From Actinomycetota bacterium (lineage in GTDB: Bacteria > Actinomycetota > UBA4738 > HRBIN12): DNA of 64,000 bases. The translations under genes were made by a program, and so were the position numbers. Under the pieces are notes generated by a model. That model had not been told where the DNA came from. It ran no database searches and saw nothing but the letters and a program-made list of their open reading frames with translations. Position 1 is the stretch's first letter, and every line of letters starts with the position of its first letter. The stretch lies in NCBI GenBank assembly GCA_036390995.1, contig DASWAT010000193.1:314-64313 (forward strand). Direction: 5' to 3'. Positions 27,444 through 36,447 of this stretch are shown in pieces.

Positions 27444-28772
27444 CTAGGACGCGACGCGTACGGAAGACACCGGGGCCAGATGCGGTGCGACGAGCGTCCA
27501 CGACGTCCCACCGTCGACCGAGCCGAACACCTCGCCCGAAGTCGCCCCGAAGTACAGGCCGAGCGGATCGCGGCCGTCGTGGCAGAACGCCTGGCGCAGC
27601 ACGGTGAGGTAGGCCTCCTCCTGAGGGAGCCCGTCGGCGTGGGCCGTCCACGAGACACCGGCATCGCGGGTCTCGTACACGCGGACCCGGCCGTCGGGCG
27701 TCACCCGGTCTCGGTCGGCCAGGAGCGGGATCACCCATGCGCGGTCGGGGTCGCGCGGATCGATCGCCAGCGGGAACCCGAAGTCCGACGGCAGACCGGG
27801 TGCGATGTCGACCCACGACTCCCCGGCGTCGTCCGAGCGATAGACGCCGCCGTGGAACTGGAGGAACAACCGCTCGGGCCGAAGCGGCGCACGGTGCATG
27901 TTGTGGACGCAGAGATCGGTCGACGTCGGGCGGGCTTCTTCGGGCAGGTACCGGGCGACGAGCCCTGCGTTCGACCGGCGCCACGTCCCGCCCCCGTCCT
28001 CGGTGAGCCACACGCCGGCGGCAGAGATCCCGATGGCAACGCGCTCCGGATCACCCGGCCACGGACAGATCGAATGCAGCGCGAGGCCACCTGCCCCCGG
28101 TTGCCAGGTTGCTCGATCCGGCTGGTCCCACATCCCCCGGTTCAGCGTCCACGTGAGACCGTCGTCCTCGCTGGAGAAGAGCCCGGCGGGCGCGACCCCG
28201 GCCCAGAGCAGCCGATCGGTCTCGCCCGGCTGGATCACCCAGATCCGCTCGACCGTCGCGCCGGCGTCGTCGGGGAAGCGCGGCCCGTCGGTCTGCTCCC
28301 AGTCACCGGTCGGGTCGTCGGCCACGAACACGCGAGGTCCGAACTGGCCATGTGTGACGGACGCGAAGTAACGACCGCTCCGTGGGTCGCGCATCGCGTA
28401 CTCCACCGTGCTCCCGGCGAACGCCCTCGCGACCACGTCGAGCCGCTGTCCCCGCCGCCCCCGCAGCACGAACAGACCCTTCTTCGTGCCCACGAGCAGC
28501 TCGGTGTCGTCCGACCCTCCGGAGATGGCCGGAAGGACGTCCACCCGGTCCGTCTGCCCCACCGGCGTTGCCGCCGTCGCCTTGTCTCCGTTGACGAACA
28601 CTCCCACGTGCCGCCGGAGGTCGCCTCGCTCATCGAGGATCCAGCCCGTAAGCCGCGGATGCAGGTGCTCCAGCGAGCGAAGCACGTCGGCCACCGTGAC
28701 GCCCCCTGCCGGGACCTCCCGGAGACCCCCGGCCAGATCCCGCAGCGGAGGATGGAGGCTGACCATCGCCAT
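27444..28772 (-). CDS. MoaD/ThiS (ubiquitin-like) domain fused in frame to a BNR/WD40-YVTN beta-propeller
   Basis: Residues 1-86 end ...VFVN...VDVLPAISGG; then LLVGTKKGLF and Asp-box repeats (SSEDDGLTW, TEDGGGTW, SDDAGESW, SVDGGTSW). Confidence 0.85.
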   Translation of the reverse strand: MAMVSLHPPLRDLAGGLREVPAGGVTVADVLRSLEHLHPRLTGWILDERGDLRRHVGVFVNGDKATAATPVGQTDRVDVLPAISGGSDDTELLVGTKKGLFVLRGRRGQRLDVVARAFAGSTVEYAMRDPRSGRYFASVTHGQFGPRVFVADDPTGDWEQTDGPRFPDDAGATVERIWVIQPGETDRLLWAGVAPAGLFSSEDDGLTWTLNRGMWDQPDRATWQPGAGGLALHSICPWPGDPERVAIGISAAGVWLTEDGGGTWRRSNAGLVARYLPEEARPTSTDLCVHNMHRAPLRPERLFLQFHGGVYRSDDAGESWVDIAPGLPSDFGFPLAIDPRDPDRAWVIPLLADRDRVTPDGRVRVYETRDAGVSWTAHADGLPQEEAYLTVLRQAFCHDGRDPLGLYFGATSGEVFGSVDGGTSWTLVAPHLAPVSSVRVAS

Positions 28773-28859
28773 GCGGCGGAGTGTAGCGGGGGTGGACGAC
28801 GGCGGGGAACCCCGCTGATGCTGCCAGGCCGCGCCCGGGGGCGCACGGCCCGGCCGGCC

Positions 28860-29783
28860 TCACCCCGCCCGGGTGCCGACCTCGGGGCGGATCCGGAAGT
28901 CGGCGATCCCGTCGCGGACGGGGAAGCGATGCCCGCAGCCGCCGCACGTGTAGGCCCGGTTCCGTTCGGTCAGCCTGCCGCGGCAACGCGGACAGCGGAA
29001 GGTGTCGTCCTCCCGCGCCGGCCGAGGGATCGTCGGCTCCGGTACCGCCGAGCCGAACAGGATCGGCGCTATGCGCATGCGACCGAGCGCCCGGCCGGCG
29101 AGGAGGCCGGACGGGACCGCCGGCGCCAGCGCTCCGGCGTGTGCTGCGACCTTGTCCATGACGCCGAGGCCCAGCAGCTCCTCCACACGGAACCCCGCGT
29201 CGCCCAGCAGCCGCTCGACGTCGCGTGGATGCCATCCGAAGGAGCGGGGCCCGTAGGGCTCGAGCCCAGGTGCGAAGGGACTCGGACCCCGCCCGCCGAG
29301 GAGTCGCCGGCCGATCCGCCTGAGGTTCCGCTTGTTGCCCACGTTGAAGACGAGGGTCCCCTGTGGCGCGAGGATCTCCTGGGCCGGTCGGAGGACCTCG
29401 AGCGGCCGCTCGAAGTGGTGGAGGACGCGGACCAAGACCGCAGCGTCGAAGCTGCCGGGAGCGAACGGCAACGCCCTGAGGTCGGCGGCGATCAGGCGCA
29501 CCCGGGAACCCCATCGCTGCCGGGCCTGCTCCAGGAGGGACCACGCGCCGTCGAGGAGCACCACCTCCTCGAACCGGTCCAGATAGGCGCCGGTGAGCCG
29601 GCCGAACCCGCATCCTGCGTCGAGCAGCCGTCCGCCGGAGCGGGGGAGGAGTCGCGCGACGGCTCGGCGCTCCGAACGGTCGAGGTGGCTCCGTCCCGGC
29701 TCGCGCCAGAACGCCTCGTAGTCGAACCCCTCGTACGACAACGCCGTCGGGGGTGGCTCGGACCGCTCGGCGCGCACCACCAT
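28860..29783 (-). CDS. Class I SAM-dependent methyltransferase with C-terminal Zn-ribbon/Trm112-like module
   Basis: LLDAGCGFG, ADLRALPF and VLHH; C-terminal CPRC...CGGC...FPVRDGI. Confidence 0.85.
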   Translation of the reverse strand: MVVRAERSEPPPTALSYEGFDYEAFWREPGRSHLDRSERRAVARLLPRSGGRLLDAGCGFGRLTGAYLDRFEEVVLLDGAWSLLEQARQRWGSRVRLIAADLRALPFAPGSFDAAVLVRVLHHFERPLEVLRPAQEILAPQGTLVFNVGNKRNLRRIGRRLLGGRGPSPFAPGLEPYGPRSFGWHPRDVERLLGDAGFRVEELLGLGVMDKVAAHAGALAPAVPSGLLAGRALGRMRIAPILFGSAVPEPTIPRPAREDDTFRCPRCRGRLTERNRAYTCGGCGHRFPVRDGIADFRIRPEVGTRAG

Positions 29784-29808
29784 GACGCAGGAGAGCCTGT
29801 CCCGCGAA

Positions 29809-29852
29809 GGTTGGGAGGCGGTCGGAGGACGGTTCGGGGACGGTTGGGATCC
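29809..29852. repeat. Four imperfect tandem 11-bp repeats upstream of the methyltransferase
   Basis: GGTTGGGAGGC GGTCGGAGGAC GGTTCGGGGAC GGTTGGGATCC. Confidence 0.6.
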
Positions 29853-29857
29853 CGTGG

Positions 29858-30081
29858 CTATCCGGTGACGATGGCGGTGACCTCGATCTCCACGAGGATG
29901 TCGGGATCGACGGATCGGAGCCCACCGACGGTCGTGTTGGCCGGACGGACGTCCGCGAACACCTCGCCGGGGGCCGGGCGGCCTCCTCCCACCGGCTCTC
30001 GTCGGCCAGGAGGATCCACGCTCGCGAGTAGCCCATCGTCGCCGCCCACGGCCGGTTCGCTTCCACCCTTCCCCTCGTCAC
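29858..30081 (-). pseudogene. RidA/Rid-family pseudogene with internal deletion and frameshift
   Basis: VTRGRVEANRPWAATMGYSRA is joined directly to WILLADESRWEEAAR, then shifts frame into GEVFADVRPANTTV...DPDILVEIEVTA. Length 224 nt. Confidence 0.72.
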
Positions 30082-31571
30082 GTGGTCGCTCCTTCCGTCC
30101 GGGCCGCCTGCGCCGTCCGGCCCGCCGCCCACGCCCGGATCCGCGCCACGTCCTCCGCGCGGGTGCGCGACAGCGGGGTCGTGGCGCCGATCTCGACGAC
30201 GACCGCGTCGGTCGTGAGCTCGGACCCCTCGGCGTAGGCGCGGTACATGGCGCCCACCACGACTCCCTCCAGCTCGGCGCCCGAGAAGCCGGTGGCCGCC
30301 GCGGCAAGTCTCGACAGGTCGAACGCACCGGGATCGCGCTTGCGCCGGCGGAGCTGCACCTCGAGGATCTCCTGCCGCTCGCGAGCGCCGGGCAGGTCCA
30401 CGAAGAAGATCTGGTCGAACCGGCCCCGGCGCAGGAACTCCGCCGGCAGCGTGGTGGGCTCGTTGCAGGTTGCCACGAGGAACACGCCGCCCGGACGCTC
30501 CTGCATCCAGCGCAAGAACGTGCCGAGCAGCCGCTGGGAGACCCCGCCGTCCCCGGTCGTCGCTCCGGTGGCGAAGCCCTTCTCGATCTCGTCCACCCAC
30601 AGAACCATGGGGGACATCGCCTCGACCGTCGCGAGCGCGCTCTCGAGCCGGGTCTCGGACTCACCGACGTACGAGCCGTACAGCCTGCCCGGATCGAGCA
30701 GCACCAGCGGCAGGTTCCATGAACGCGCCAGCGCCTTCGCCACGAGCGACTTCCCGCATCCGGGCACGCCGGTGAGCAAGATGCCCTTCGGGGGGTCGAG
30801 CCCGAAGTCGCGGGCGGCGGGCTCGAAGGCTCGACCACGGATCCGGAGCCAGTCCTTCAGCTGGTCCATCCCACCCACGTCGCCGAGGTCGCCGGCCTCG
30901 GTGGGGACGAGCTCGAGGACGCCGTTCGCCTCGAGCAGCTCGGCCTTCGCGCCGCGCACGTAGGCGACGTCGCCGTCGTCCAGGCGGCCGTCGCGGAACG
31001 CCGCCTGGAGCAGGAGCCGCTCGGCCTCCGGCAGGGTGAGGCCGCGGACGGCTTCCACCAGCTCGTCGATCCCCGTGGTGTCGAGGGTCACCGGCATGCT
31101 CCGGGCCGCCAGGTCGTCGAGCGTCGTGCGCACCATCGAGGCCAGTTCGTCGCGGCTCGGCGGCTCGAGCGTCCACGGCAGCGCGAGCCCCTGCAGTTCA
31201 GGTGGGATGCGCGATCGCGGCCCCGTGAGCACCAGCGTCTGCCCGGTGCGGCCCTGCTGCCCGATCTCCTTGATCCGCCGGATCACGACCGGGTCGCCGA
31301 ACGCGACGTGGACGTCGGCCAGGACGAACACGCCCGGGTCGGTGAGCGACGCGATGAAGTCGAGCGCCTTCCGCGGGTCGGTGGTCGCCATCTGCGGGTC
31401 GTGGAGATCGCGGGCCAGGCCCTTCGTGACCGTCCACGTCCACACCGGGATCCCGGCGGCGTCGGCGGCCCGTCGCAGGATCTGCATGAAACGCTGCTCG
31501 TCCTGCATCTCGGCCACGATGAGGGTGTGCCGGGATGCCAAGAGGAGGCGAAGGTCGCCCGTCGTGTCCAT
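30078..31571 (-). CDS. Ycf46-like AAA+ ATPase
   Basis: DVGGMDQLKDW, GILLTGVPGCGKS, VLWVDEIEKGF and RRGRFDQIFFVDLP; degenerate N-terminal AAA-like region. Confidence 0.88.
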   Translation of the reverse strand: MDTTGDLRLLLASRHTLIVAEMQDEQRFMQILRRAADAAGIPVWTWTVTKGLARDLHDPQMATTDPRKALDFIASLTDPGVFVLADVHVAFGDPVVIRRIKEIGQQGRTGQTLVLTGPRSRIPPELQGLALPWTLEPPSRDELASMVRTTLDDLAARSMPVTLDTTGIDELVEAVRGLTLPEAERLLLQAAFRDGRLDDGDVAYVRGAKAELLEANGVLELVPTEAGDLGDVGGMDQLKDWLRIRGRAFEPAARDFGLDPPKGILLTGVPGCGKSLVAKALARSWNLPLVLLDPGRLYGSYVGESETRLESALATVEAMSPMVLWVDEIEKGFATGATTGDGGVSQRLLGTFLRWMQERPGGVFLVATCNEPTTLPAEFLRRGRFDQIFFVDLPGARERQEILEVQLRRRKRDPGAFDLSRLAAAATGFSGAELEGVVVGAMYRAYAEGSELTTDAVVVEIGATTPLSRTRAEDVARIRAWAAGRTAQAARTEGATT

Positions 31572-31625
31572 CCCCGGGATTATCGTCCGGCTACGATCGG
31601 CGGAGCGGTAGGCTGGCGTCGAGTC

Positions 31626-32537
31626 ATGAGCCTCGAACTGCCACCGAGCCGCTTCGTAGACCTGGACGGTCCGGTCCACTACGTCGAGTGGGAGGGTCCG
31701 GCCGAGCGAACGTTCGTGCTCGTGCACGGCCTCGGCGGCTCGCACCTGTCCTGGGCCTCGGTCGGATCCGCCCTGGCGGCGGACGGCCGAGTACTAGCCC
31801 TGGACCTGGCCGGGTTCGGGCGGACCCCGCGCGAGGGGCGCAGCAGCCGGCTCTCCGCGAACCAGGTTCTGCTGGCCCGGTTCATCGACGCCGTGGTCGG
31901 CGGGCCCGCGATCGTGGTCGGGAACTCGATGGGCGGGGCGATCGCGATGCTGCAGGCCGCGTACGAGCCGGCGTCCGTCGAGGGCATGGTCCTCACGGCG
32001 TCGGTGTTCCCGTGGGCGCGGGGGGGCGTGCCGCATCCGCTGGTGATGACCGGGTTCGCGCTGTATCGGACCCCGGGTGTGGGCGAGTGGGCCGTGAAGC
32101 AGCGGTTCACCGGCCTGTCGGCCGAGAAGATCGTGCGGTTCAGCTTCCGCATGATCACGGCAGATCCGACCTCGGTGCCCGAGGATCTGATCCGGGCACA
32201 CATCGACCTGCTGGACGAGCGGCAATCGGACCCGGACATGGGTCCCGCGTTCCTCGAGGCCGCGAGGTCGTTGCTCTCGCTCGGCCGCCGCGGCGAGTTG
32301 GCCCGGCGGCTGATCGAGTCCGTGAAGTGCCCGGTCCTGGTGATCCACGGCTACGGCGACCGGCTGATCCCGGTGGGATTCGCGCAGGCCGAGATCGAGC
32401 ACCACCCGAACTGGATGATCCGGCTCCTCCCCGGCGTGGGCCACGTCCCGATGATCGAGGCTCCCGATCGATGGCTGGCCGCGATCGAGGCTTGGCTCGG
32501 AGAGCTGGGCGCCGCATCCGGGGACGCCCCTATCTAG
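31626..32537 (+). CDS. Alpha/beta fold hydrolase
   Basis: LVHGLGG, DLAGFG, GNSMGG nucleophile elbow and GHVPMIE. Confidence 0.88.
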   Translation: MSLELPPSRFVDLDGPVHYVEWEGPAERTFVLVHGLGGSHLSWASVGSALAADGRVLALDLAGFGRTPREGRSSRLSANQVLLARFIDAVVGGPAIVVGNSMGGAIAMLQAAYEPASVEGMVLTASVFPWARGGVPHPLVMTGFALYRTPGVGEWAVKQRFTGLSAEKIVRFSFRMITADPTSVPEDLIRAHIDLLDERQSDPDMGPAFLEAARSLLSLGRRGELARRLIESVKCPVLVIHGYGDRLIPVGFAQAEIEHHPNWMIRLLPGVGHVPMIEAPDRWLAAIEAWLGELGAASGDAPI

Positions 32538-33925
32538 ACGCCGGCGGCCTTGGAGATCTCGTCGAGCGAATCGTCGATGGCGGCGGCGAGCGCGTCCAGG
32601 TCGGGCATGCCGTCCCAGTCCCCCGTGAGGCCGAACGCCATCGTGCCGCCGAGCGACGTGCAGGCCACCGACAACGCCGAGGTCCTGCCGATCGGCATCG
32701 AGGGGTAGTTCGCCACGAGCCTCGCGCCGGCCAGGTACAGCGGCTGCTGCGGGCCCGGGGTGTTCGAGACGACGAGGTTGAACACCGGCGCGTACGAGGC
32801 GACACGTGCCGCCGCGGCGAGCATCCCGCCGGGCCCGTACGAGCCGAGGCCGATGATCGCGTCGGCGCTCATCGCCATCATCGTGTCCTTCAGGTGCTGG
32901 GTCCCTGCGCGCACCCGCGTCAAACGGGTCTTCGGCGACATCGCGCCCACCGGCAGGTCGACGAACGCCGGTGCCACCCGGTTGCCGAGCCCGTCGTCCC
33001 CGGCGTGCCGGACCGAGACCGGCACCATCGCGCGGAGCGAACGGCCCCGCGTGGCCTCCCCCCGGTCCTTCAGCAACCGGTGGAGTGCCCCGGCCACCAC
33101 GGCGAGCACGACGTCGTTCACGGTCCCTCCCAGCGCGTCCTTCGCGTCCTTGAACCGCTGGAGCGGCGCCTCGGTCATGGCGAACCGACGGTTCGGACCG
33201 ATCGCGACGTCCAGCGACGAGGGCGGCCGAGCGCCCATGTCCGCGATGGCTCGCGCTCCGTTGGCCACCACCGAGAGCTCCAGCGCGGCGAGCGCCGGCG
33301 ACCTCACGAACCGGTCCGCGGCGGTGGCAAGGGCCCGGAGCGGATGCGTCAGCTGCTCCTGGACAGCCTGGCGGAGGAGGTCCACGGGCGAGGGCTCGGG
33401 CTCGGGCCTCCATGGCTCCGCCTCGGGCTCCGCCGGCGTCTCGGGGTCCAGGTCGTACACGGCCGTCCCGAGCTGCATCGCCGAGATGCCATCGATCATC
33501 GCGTGGTGCGCCTTGAACAGCACGGCCACGTGCCCGTCCTCGAGACCCTCGATCAGCGAGAGCTCCCACAGCGGCTTCGTCCGATCGAGCGGCCGGGACA
33601 ACACCCGCTGGACGTAGTCGGCCAGTTCGCGCCGCCCGCCCGGCGACGGCAACGCGGCCCTCCGAAGATGGAAGCCGAGGTCGAACGCCGGGTCGTCCAC
33701 CCACACCGGCAACGCCACGTGCCCAGGCACCGTCATCACTTTCCGCCGAAGTCGGGGCACGAGGTGGACGCGTGAGGCAAGGAGCCGTTCGACCTCGTCG
33801 AAGGCAAGCCGCTCGCCGGGCCGCGTCGAAGGGTCGAGGATCGTGAGGCCGGCCAGGTGCATGTGCATGACCGGCGTCTCCAGGTACAGGAAGGCTGCGT
33901 CCAGCGCGGTCAGTCGTTCGGCCAT
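32534..33925 (-). CDS. Wax ester synthase/diacylglycerol acyltransferase (WS/DGAT)
   Basis: LTALDAAFL, PLDRTKPLWE, HHAMIDG, TVNDVVLA and SNTPGP. Confidence 0.93.
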   Translation of the reverse strand: MAERLTALDAAFLYLETPVMHMHLAGLTILDPSTRPGERLAFDEVERLLASRVHLVPRLRRKVMTVPGHVALPVWVDDPAFDLGFHLRRAALPSPGGRRELADYVQRVLSRPLDRTKPLWELSLIEGLEDGHVAVLFKAHHAMIDGISAMQLGTAVYDLDPETPAEPEAEPWRPEPEPSPVDLLRQAVQEQLTHPLRALATAADRFVRSPALAALELSVVANGARAIADMGARPPSSLDVAIGPNRRFAMTEAPLQRFKDAKDALGGTVNDVVLAVVAGALHRLLKDRGEATRGRSLRAMVPVSVRHAGDDGLGNRVAPAFVDLPVGAMSPKTRLTRVRAGTQHLKDTMMAMSADAIIGLGSYGPGGMLAAAARVASYAPVFNLVVSNTPGPQQPLYLAGARLVANYPSMPIGRTSALSVACTSLGGTMAFGLTGDWDGMPDLDALAAAIDDSLDEISKAAGV

Positions 33926-34012
33926 GGCGACTCCACGCTACCGCTCCGGGCCCCGCGTGGGAACGGTGGATCGTGCACGCCTCGGGGGGAGGCGGATGCT
34001 ACCCTCCGCGCC

Positions 34013-34600
34013 GTGCGCCGCCTGATCGCCGCACTCGCGATCGCCCTCGTCCTAGGCGCGTGCACGAGCTCGGGACCCGCCCCAGCCGCGAACCGCCCCC
34101 CTAACGGCGTGAGTATCCGATGTTCGACGATGCCCCCCAACGCAGCGTGTGCGGCGGAGGTCGCGGGGGCGCTGGGGTTTCCGTTTGCCTGGATCTCCCC
34201 TCCGCCCGGATGGACAACGGGCGAGTCTGGTCACCCCGGCTTCATCGGAAGGTTCGGCGTGACGAGCCTCGTGGCCGAGGAGCTGCTCCACCGGGGAGGG
34301 GTCACCATCGTCCTCGCGTCGGGAGGCATGGTTGTACCTCCGAGGGTCCAGACGCATCGAAGCTTCACTTGGCACGGCGTGACGGTGCGTGAGTCCAGCG
34401 GCGTTCCCGAGCCTCAACCGAGTCCGGCGCGCTGGGTCGATTCCTACAGCTGGTCGATGGACGGCCAGCCTTATCGACTGATCCTCGCCGCCTATCCCAC
34501 GCAGGGACCGACCGGGACCCTGGCCCGTGGCAGGAGGACCGGCTTGCGGATGCTTGACCTGGTGCAGTTCTCGACACCCGCACCCACACCCAGTACCTAG
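34013..34600 (+). CDS. Hypothetical lipoprotein
   Basis: VRRLIAALAIALVLGAC lipobox; TACCCT 7 nt before the GTG. No family recognised. Confidence 0.6.
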   Translation: MRRLIAALAIALVLGACTSSGPAPAANRPPNGVSIRCSTMPPNAACAAEVAGALGFPFAWISPPPGWTTGESGHPGFIGRFGVTSLVAEELLHRGGVTIVLASGGMVVPPRVQTHRSFTWHGVTVRESSGVPEPQPSPARWVDSYSWSMDGQPYRLILAAYPTQGPTGTLARGRRTGLRMLDLVQFSTPAPTPST

Positions 34601-35034
34601 AGCACTCCGGGCAGTCGTTTCCGGCGGGAAGCGACACCGCGATGCGTTCGCTTCATGCGCTGCCCGGGCTGCTCAGCTGAGTCTCGTGGCGCAGTTGGCG
34701 GCGGGTCGCAGGGGTTCGCGTTCAGTTCCATCTGCGCCTCGATGAGGAGCTGACCCGCCTCCGTCCAGGCGCTGGCGATGTTGCCGGGCCCAGTCTGTGC
34801 GCGGATGGCGGAGGCCAGTTGCTCGAGGGCGCTCTTCGCGCTCTCGATCCCGTCGCTCAGATACTGAGCGGCCAGCGAGAGTTCCGGGGGCAGATCGCTC
34901 GATCCCAGCTGGGCCTGGAAGACCGCCATACGCGCCGCGCCCCACTTCGCTTGCGCCGCCTTGTTCGACGGACCCACGGCCTTCGAGACCCGATTCGAAA
35001 CGATGCGAAGGACCTTCAGCGCGTCGGCGTCCAC
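34597..35034 (-). CDS. Hypothetical helical protein (possibly a fragment)
   Basis: 145-codon ORF with protein-like Ala/Leu/Gln composition; no motif recognised. Confidence 0.4.
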   Translation of the reverse strand: MDADALKVLRIVSNRVSKAVGPSNKAAQAKWGAARMAVFQAQLGSSDLPPELSLAAQYLSDGIESAKSALEQLASAIRAQTGPGNIASAWTEAGQLLIEAQMELNANPCDPPPTAPRDSAEQPGQRMKRTHRGVASRRKRLPGVL

Positions 35035-35377
35035 TCACACGACCTTGATCCCAACGAGAATCGAGAGAGCCCCCATGATCATCACGAAGACAGCCAGAAA
35101 GCGCTCCGACTTCCAGACGCGGAGCGGACCCGCGTACGCTCACGGCAGGCCCTCGGAGAGACGCTGGTGCCAGACGGCCCCTCTGTTCCCAAGCTCTCCG
35201 CGCTGTCAGAGCAAGAACGCTCCCACCAGCACGAGGATCAGTCCTTGCACGACCTGGAACATCGCGACCCGCGCTCGGGCGTTCTCCGATCCAGCGCTCG
35301 CTCCGGTGGATGCTGGTGGCCGGCGGCCTCGGCGTCTACCTGACCCTCGCCCTCGTCGGCATGCTCGTCGGCGCCGG

Positions 35378-36295
35378 CTAAGGGATCGCAGGTTCTTCGG
35401 GGGCGACCTGGCGAGACAGGCTCGCGGCCACCGCGCCCGCGAGGATCAACAGGCCTCCGACGAGCGTCCCGGTGGTGATGTCCTCGTGCAGGAATATCCA
35501 CGCGAGGACGGCCGAGGACAGCGGCTCGAGCGCCGAGACGATCGACGTCCGGACGGCGCCGAGGCGCTGCAGACCGCCCATCAGGCACACGAACGCGCCG
35601 GCCGTCCCCGCGCCCATGCCGAGCACCGGCCACCACTCCCGTCCGCCCGAGGGCCACCGCGCCTGGCCGCTCACGAGCGCGAACACCCCCAGCCCCACGG
35701 AGGCGCCGACCGCCAACCACATCGCGCTCGTGAGCGGGTTCGTCCGTTTCAGCACCTGGTCCGCGCCGAACAGGTAGCCCGAGTACGTGAGCGCCGAGGC
35801 CAGCGCGAACGCCACGCCCGCGGGCCGGATCGTGAGGCCGGCGCCGGTCGTCACGACGATCGTCGCTCCGCCCACGGCGAGCACGAGCGAGACCACGGTG
35901 AGTCGCGTCGGTCTCCCGCGTCCGGTCGTCCACGAGAGCAGCGTCACGAACACCGGGTAGGTGAAGAAGAGCAACGTCACCGCCGCTGCTGTGCCGTGCT
36001 GGAGGGCCGCGAAGAAGAACCCAGCCTCCGCGGCGTAACCGAACAGCGACAGCAGCGCGAGGTCGCGGCGTTCACCTTCTGCGGCACGGATAGGTCGGCG
36101 GAGGAGCACGAGCGCGACGGCCAGGATCGCCCCGCCGGCGCCGAACCGGACGGCCAGCGCCGAGGGAACCGGCAGCCCATGCCGGAGGGCGAACTTCCCG
36201 AAGACGACCACTACGCCGAACAGCACGGCGCCGGACCCCACGATGATCCCGCCGACCGCCTCCCGGCGCGCTCCACCGTCCACGCGCTCCCGCAC
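35378..36295 (-). CDS. EamA/DMT family transporter
   Basis: About 10 TMs in two EamA repeats; LLFFTYPVFV and SALEPL. Confidence 0.88.
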   Translation of the reverse strand: MRERVDGGARREAVGGIIVGSGAVLFGVVVVFGKFALRHGLPVPSALAVRFGAGGAILAVALVLLRRPIRAAEGERRDLALLSLFGYAAEAGFFFAALQHGTAAAVTLLFFTYPVFVTLLSWTTGRGRPTRLTVVSLVLAVGGATIVVTTGAGLTIRPAGVAFALASALTYSGYLFGADQVLKRTNPLTSAMWLAVGASVGLGVFALVSGQARWPSGGREWWPVLGMGAGTAGAFVCLMGGLQRLGAVRTSIVSALEPLSSAVLAWIFLHEDITTGTLVGGLLILAGAVAASLSRQVAPEEPAIP

Positions 36296-36332
36296 GGCGG
36301 GAAGTATCGCAGGGGCCGTTCGCCCGGCACCC

Positions 36333-36354
36333 GGTTAGGAAACGGTTAGGAAAC
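36333..36354. promoter_or_regulatory. Perfect 11-bp direct repeat GGTTAGGAAAC x2 between the divergent eamA and ubiA genes
   Basis: Exact tandem copies at 36333-36343 and 36344-36354. Confidence 0.55.
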
Positions 36355-36447
36355 CGGTCGCGCGTGAGCCATCCGACGGCACCCGGCGAACGGCATGCGG
36401 AAGGGGGATCTCGGTACGACCCCTCCGCCCGGCGACCGTGGAGGAAC

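Noticed and set aside
29809-29852. 11-bp repeats as an iteron or CRISPR
   Set aside because: Too short and degenerate; no rep or cas gene; retained only as a possible regulator site.
27480-30722. 1080-aa plus-strand ORF
   Set aside because: Arg/Pro/Gly-rich and antisense to well-supported genes; typical high-GC shadow ORF.
27444-31571. Complete bacterial ubiquitination (Bil/Bub-like) system
   Set aside because: No E1, E2, JAB or RING genes in the window; only the Ubl fusion is supportable.
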